64,000 nucleotides of DNA from an uncultured bacterium. Its GTDB lineage: Bacteria > Babelota > Babeliae > Babelales > Vermiphilaceae. The notes below the pieces were generated by a model. It ran no database searches. It was not told the origin of the DNA and saw only the letters and a list, made by a program, of their open reading frames with translations. The number at the start of each line of letters is the position of its first letter. Position 1 is the stretch's first letter. Position numbers and translations under genes: made by a program. Shown here one piece after another: positions 59,199 through 64,000 of this stretch. The DNA is taken from the NCBI GenBank assembly GCA_963701085.1, contig OY969561.1:448001-512000 (forward strand). The letters are read 5' to 3'.

Positions 59199-61034
59199 AT
59201 GAAAAAAAAAATTATAGTTATTTTAATTTTATTTTCATTTCTCACGCACGCACAAAACACGCAGGTTATTACCTTCATCTCACCACGCTCACAAGGCTTT
59301 AATACACCACGCGTGATATCAGGGTGGGATACCATTACCCATTGCCCTGAACAAAACAAAATGTATAGCACCTATGGATTTGCTCTAGAAACAACAACCA
59401 CATTCCGTCCAGAACGGATCAACCAATGCTTATTCGGACAAAACATTGTCAGGCGGGGTAAAGATGATACGGAATGGAAAGATTTTATTATAGTATCAGG
59501 TAGCCAAACAGAAGATCGCGCTCCCCAAAAAGATTGGTTAGCTGATTATTTTGGCCTTCCAACAGATTTTAAAAGTAGAGTGCACTTTCGGCCACGAGTA
59601 AACAACGTGATTGTAGAAGCACAATCTTTTTTTGGTTTTAACAACATCAAAAAAGGATTATATGCGGAAGTTTTTTTACCAATCGTCTACACCAACTGGG
59701 AACTTAACCTCAATGAAATCGTCATAGACCGTGGCACCAATGGCTACGCTCCCGGATACTTTAATCCAGATGGCGTTGAAAGAAAAAATCTTGTCTCTTT
59801 CTTCAGTCACTATATTTCTGGATGTGTCGTTCCCAACATCACTGACCTTACATTCCAACCACTTACCCATGGCAAAATGGCACTTCATTCACGCCGAACA
59901 GTGCACTGTGCTGAATTACGAGCAAATCTTGGCTATGATCATTTTATTCATGATGAACATCATGTTGGCGTAAAAATGCAACTCGCGCTCCCTTTGGGTA
60001 ATCGTCCAAAAGGCGAATATCTTTTTGAACCAATTGTCGGCAACCAACATCACTATGAACTTGGCCTGGGGATCACCGCGCATGCCCTTGCATGGGAAAA
60101 TGAAAGAACGAATGAAAAAGTTGATTTATTTCTCGACGTAACCGCTAACCATATGTTCAAATCTCATCAGCGCCGCGCATTTGATTTAAAAGAAAAACCA
60201 AATAGCCGTTACATGCTTGCAGAAAAAATGACACCGAATATCATCAATAATCTAACAGGAAATAATGTAATCCCAATTGCGCAATTTGATCGTGAAGTTA
60301 CTTCAATCGTCAATTTTACCACGCGTGATATTGCAGTAAGTGTTAACGTACAAGCCGACGTTGCATTAAGTTGTTCATATACCAAAAAAAGTAACTATTG
60401 GACGTTCGGTTACAATGCATGGAAGCGTGGGTGTGAAAACATAACACTCAAACATTGTAACAGTTTTCCTGAAAATATCTGGGCTATCAAAGGTGATGCA
60501 CATGTATATGGTTTTGTTGCCCAGCAACCTAATCCAGCTGATTTACCTGTTGGTACCGCCGTAGCATTATCTGCAACAGAATCAGATGCAACAATTAATT
60601 ATGGTACTAACTTACCAAAACAAGGAGTGAGCGCTGATCCAGCGCAACGGGCAATACAGATAACCAATGCACAAAGAAACCCTAAAATTGATAATCCTCA
60701 ACCAGCATTTGCCGGCAACAACCAATACCTTGTTGCATCAACTAGTGATCTTTCTACTACAAACCAAATCAATACATCAATTCAACCAGTTCTGATTAAT
60801 CAAGCAGATCTTGATATTAACAGCGCCGCAACAAGTGGCTTTTCTCATAAAATATTTACTCATTTTAATCACACCATTGCCACGTTAGGACGCGCCGCAG
60901 CACATATTGGTTTTGGTTCTGAAATTGAATTTGGTAGACAAGCAGGCCCTCCTCCCGCTATTGGCGATGACAAGTGTATTAACTGTGCATTCTCAAATTG
61001 GGGTTTTTGGATAAAAGGTAGTGTTTGTTGGTAA
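59199..61034 (+). CDS. Putative outer-membrane beta-barrel protein, paralog 5
   Basis: RSQG, ADYFGLPTDF, GNQHHYELG, IKGDA; ends NWGFWIKGSVCW. Confidence 0.7.
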   Translation: MKKKIIVILILFSFLTHAQNTQVITFISPRSQGFNTPRVISGWDTITHCPEQNKMYSTYGFALETTTTFRPERINQCLFGQNIVRRGKDDTEWKDFIIVSGSQTEDRAPQKDWLADYFGLPTDFKSRVHFRPRVNNVIVEAQSFFGFNNIKKGLYAEVFLPIVYTNWELNLNEIVIDRGTNGYAPGYFNPDGVERKNLVSFFSHYISGCVVPNITDLTFQPLTHGKMALHSRRTVHCAELRANLGYDHFIHDEHHVGVKMQLALPLGNRPKGEYLFEPIVGNQHHYELGLGITAHALAWENERTNEKVDLFLDVTANHMFKSHQRRAFDLKEKPNSRYMLAEKMTPNIINNLTGNNVIPIAQFDREVTSIVNFTTRDIAVSVNVQADVALSCSYTKKSNYWTFGYNAWKRGCENITLKHCNSFPENIWAIKGDAHVYGFVAQQPNPADLPVGTAVALSATESDATINYGTNLPKQGVSADPAQRAIQITNAQRNPKIDNPQPAFAGNNQYLVASTSDLSTTNQINTSIQPVLINQADLDINSAATSGFSHKIFTHFNHTIATLGRAAAHIGFGSEIEFGRQAGPPPAIGDDKCINCAFSNWGFWIKGSVCW

Positions 61035-61074
61035 AGGCATTTAAAAATGAAATGCATTAAAAAAAGGAATTTAC

Positions 61075-63246
61075 ATGCAATTTTTTAAAAATACGTTGAT
61101 AATCATGGCGTTGTTTACCATAAATTTTGCGAATGCAAAAGTAATGAAAAAACCGGTGGCTAGTACACAGACTACGATACCAACACAACCACCTGTGCCT
61201 CAAACAAGACAACCTGTAGTCCAAAAACCAATAACAGAAAAAAAAGCAATACAACCTATAGTGCAACCCTCCTTCACCAAAAGCAAAGTTTATCCTGAGC
61301 CTGTCGAAGGAGAGGGCAGGCAAAAAAAAGCAGTTGAACCTAAAACTAAACCAATAGAATCTACAAAAATTTCATTAATAAAAGAATTTCCTCCAACACA
61401 CAATCTTATTCTCCTTCTTGATCCAAAAAAGGTAGAAACAATAAACCGCTATGGCAATGCTATGGTGAATAATGCGCTGATGGGATTCTATGAACAAGCA
61501 GCACCAATTATCATGAGCAGCAATATTTTAGAAATTATTAACATTATTAAACAAAAAGTAGGTGAGCAAAATTTTCAACAGTTACGCAATAGCCCCTATA
61601 ATATAGTACAACAATTTGCTCAACAACTCGTGCAAAAATACGATATTCATGAATCATCATTGACGCTTATTTTAATGAGTCTTATTAATTTTGATGATAA
61701 AAGCTTGCATTATTATTTCCATAAATCTGACCATTTAGTATTGGTAATTCCGGAAAACTATATGAAGACCAGTTTTTCTCCATCATTCAATTCCGAAGAT
61801 GAAGTAAAAGCGTGTGGTTTCAATCCCAATCTTCTTACTAAAGTTACTGATGCAACCACTGAAAATCTTCTGCAGCAACTCAAAGCGCAACAATCAAAAC
61901 CTGTTAACAAAGATCGTTTCATTGAAAATTTAACTGCATTATTTATACCTCAAAAAAAATATGGGAAATTAATTGCTCCAGAACAAGACACAGAATGGGA
62001 CCCGTATATCTCCGGGCATGGAGGGCCAACATATCTTATTGTTGGTAATACTTATCAAGTTGTACCAGAAAAAGGCAACGTTGTAGGGGTATCACTGCAA
62101 GAATTTTCACAATTAATGCACTTTTTTGATGAAAATCTTAATGTTGCTTATCTCCATTATACAACCTGTTTTTCTGGCGGATATAGTCAAGTCTTTGTTA
62201 ATGACATACTTTCATCATTAGATGTTGATTTTATCGTATCATCGGAAGGATTAGGCGAAAAAGAAACAACAGGAATACCATTAGCTATGCGCTTTAGTTC
62301 TGTAAAACCTTATATACAATTACAATTTTATCCATTTACTGAATTCTTTAAATTGCTCCGATTTTACATTGGTCAACCAAAAGAATTTATAAAAATAAAA
62401 GAAGGAAAAAAAGAGCCAATTGCACAAATTATACGCGCTCTTAATCCTAATGAAACTGAAAATACACAACCATTTGTACGTTTTCCTGGAAAAGGTGTGT
62501 TTGGCGCCCTTTCTATAAGTAAAAATACCAAAGTCTTAACGGAAAGAATGGTAAAAGAGCATGAAGCTAAACACCGCCCCATAGACATGAGCGATAAAGA
62601 TATTGGTATTATTATGGTAAATCCATCACGAATTAATAGTTCAATGAACATTGGTGATAACACCGATTGTGCAATAGCAACACCCACGGTGATGACAAAA
62701 TCACAACAAACAGCTCATGTATTTAAAGAAATTAATTGGAAAATTCAATTACAAGAATTTATTTTTAACTTTGTACGTCTTAATCCAAAAATGCACACAC
62801 AATTCTTTGTTGTTAAAAAAGTAACTGATATTCTCTATCAACAATCAAATTTACCGTCATCTTCAGCAACCATTAATAATCTGATTATTAAAATAGATGG
62901 TATGATGGGAACCGGCACTCAAGCTTCACCTAAACCATCAGTGCAAACTAAACCTTTACTATCAAATGACATACCTATTGCAAAATTAGGTGCAAATGTA
63001 AACGTTATTTTTGAATTGAATAACAACCTCTATCAATACAACGTTGCTTTAAAAACTTTTGATGACCTTAATGAAATAGTTAAAAAGATGAAACAAATTT
63101 CGTTTTCATCTCAACCTTTAACCACCAATGATATACAAAATGTTGCAACCAAATTTTTAACGCCACAAGAAATCAATAAACTCAAAAAGCCCATTACTTT
63201 AGAAAATATAGCTGATTTTATTGGTGATAAAATTAATATGCAATAG
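61075..63246 (+). CDS. Secreted protein with possible clan CD (caspase/legumain-like) His-Cys dyad
   Basis: Signal peptide; Pro/Gln/Lys-rich linker; YISGHGG and LHYTTCFSGG. Confidence 0.55.
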   Translation: MQFFKNTLIIMALFTINFANAKVMKKPVASTQTTIPTQPPVPQTRQPVVQKPITEKKAIQPIVQPSFTKSKVYPEPVEGEGRQKKAVEPKTKPIESTKISLIKEFPPTHNLILLLDPKKVETINRYGNAMVNNALMGFYEQAAPIIMSSNILEIINIIKQKVGEQNFQQLRNSPYNIVQQFAQQLVQKYDIHESSLTLILMSLINFDDKSLHYYFHKSDHLVLVIPENYMKTSFSPSFNSEDEVKACGFNPNLLTKVTDATTENLLQQLKAQQSKPVNKDRFIENLTALFIPQKKYGKLIAPEQDTEWDPYISGHGGPTYLIVGNTYQVVPEKGNVVGVSLQEFSQLMHFFDENLNVAYLHYTTCFSGGYSQVFVNDILSSLDVDFIVSSEGLGEKETTGIPLAMRFSSVKPYIQLQFYPFTEFFKLLRFYIGQPKEFIKIKEGKKEPIAQIIRALNPNETENTQPFVRFPGKGVFGALSISKNTKVLTERMVKEHEAKHRPIDMSDKDIGIIMVNPSRINSSMNIGDNTDCAIATPTVMTKSQQTAHVFKEINWKIQLQEFIFNFVRLNPKMHTQFFVVKKVTDILYQQSNLPSSSATINNLIIKIDGMMGTGTQASPKPSVQTKPLLSNDIPIAKLGANVNVIFELNNNLYQYNVALKTFDDLNEIVKKMKQISFSSQPLTTNDIQNVATKFLTPQEINKLKKPITLENIADFIGDKINMQ
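61267..61321. repeat. Type B unit nested in a type A unit, in coding sequence
   Basis: ccctccttcaccaaaagc-aaagtttatcctgagcctgtcgaagga-gagggcaggc; read as PSFTKSKVYPEPVEGEGR. Confidence 0.85.
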
Positions 63247-63251
63247 CATCA

Positions 63252-63383
63252 TTAAAAAAAACGAAAGTGAAAAATAGGATTTGTCAAAGCAATATAGTTC
63301 AATTCTTTTTGAACCACAATTACATTACCCAATGCCTCATAGCATTTTTTAAAATTATCATATTTATGATTTAAAGCTTCCAT
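63252..63383 (-). pseudogene. Probable truncated HEPN (HI0074-like) partner
   Basis: Overlaps the MNT stop. MEALNHKYDNFKKCYEALGNVI resembles the HI0074-type N-terminus but the ORF ends at 43 aa. Confidence 0.5.
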
Positions 63384-63670
63384 TCAATTCCTTCTTTAAT
63401 AATAGACTCACGCATAGCCTCAGGAATTCTATTCATATCAACCAGGTCAATTTTTTGAACTGTTGGTAAAGCATCAAGAAGATTCCACAAAAATTGCCAT
63501 TCGTGTAAATTTAAACGCTTGCCGGTATCAATTGCAATATCAATATCTGATCCCTGTTTTGCTGTTCCACGTGCATTCGAACCAAAAAGATATATTTTAG
63601 CAGTTGGATAAAAAGCTGTTATTATTTTTATAATACTTAATTTATGCTCAAGTTCTATCATAGCACCCAC
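63371..63670 (-). CDS. Minimal nucleotidyltransferase (MNT antitoxin-like)
   Basis: IYLFGSNARG...SDIDIAID...KIDLVD...IIKEGI. Confidence 0.9.
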   Translation of the reverse strand: MGAMIELEHKLSIIKIITAFYPTAKIYLFGSNARGTAKQGSDIDIAIDTGKRLNLHEWQFLWNLLDALPTVQKIDLVDMNRIPEAMRESIIKEGIEWKL

Positions 63671-63900
63671 ATCTTATTTTTTATTTTCATCTGTTAACAA
63701 TTTTATTCTCTCATCAAGCCTGACATACTTTACATACCCTGTAAATTGCAATCTATTTTGCCCCATCTTCTGACCCATCTTTCGATGGGGGCCCCAATTT
63801 GAATAATGGGCACCCAATCTCCACTTCTTTTCGATCGGGTTAAATCTATTGTGTTTAGCTCTCAATCAGTTTTACAGTAATAACAACATAAGGAGCTGCC

Positions 63901-64000
63901 ATGATGAAAAAAAATATAATAAATGTATTGTTGATAGCATTGCTCATAAATGCACTGTTGATAGCATTACTCACACCATCATTTCTTTATTCATCAGAAC
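63901..64000 (+). CDS. 5' part of a secreted protein, truncated by the window
   Basis: AAGGAG RBS, then MMKKNIINVLLIALLINALLIALLTPSFLYSSE. Confidence 0.65.
   Translation, partial: MMKKNIINVLLIALLINALLIALLTPSFLYSSE

Noticed and set aside
241-62687. Many short ORFs antisense to or overlapping the main genes
   Set aside because: Shadow frames of well-supported genes with no independent evidence.
63674-63865. 63-aa ORF and cccatctt repeats upstream of the MNT gene
   Set aside because: No recognisable protein features; repeats too short to interpret.

Overview
AT-rich bacterial chromosomal window. Gene content suggests an intracellular parasite of protists, most likely Ca. Babeliae/Dependentiae (TM6); this is inferred from protein families, not from a marker gene. 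Housekeeping genes: ymdB-rny-(candidate 6S RNA)-zapA, rplT-rpmI-infC, recA, a PpiD/SurA-like chaperone, miaA, carD, dnaK, ychF, an HspR-like regulator, maf, tRNA-Gln, spoVG, rsmH, and frameshifted murF and ftsK. These are interleaved with many signal-peptide proteins that look like host-directed effectors. Highlights: (1) about 12 secreted proteins have leaders ending so that the predicted mature protein starts with Met, and several carry eukaryotic address tags (two F-box+ankyrin-like proteins ending in CaaX boxes, a mitochondrial-presequence-like segment). (2) A hidden Josephin-like cysteine protease is split by an A7 run. (3) A family of ~30-nt palindromic modules nests inside itself and sits in frame inside three genes. 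(4) There are five paralogous Cys-rich beta-barrel-like envelope proteins. (5) A 2.4-kb tandem duplication has a diverged core. (6) A DUF5674 gene pair is flanked by a duplicated gene end. (7) An unexplained ~1-kb strand-skewed, repeat- and hairpin-rich non-coding tract lies upstream of dnaK. No CRISPR, rRNA, transposase or integrase was seen. All functional calls are by-eye motif recognition.
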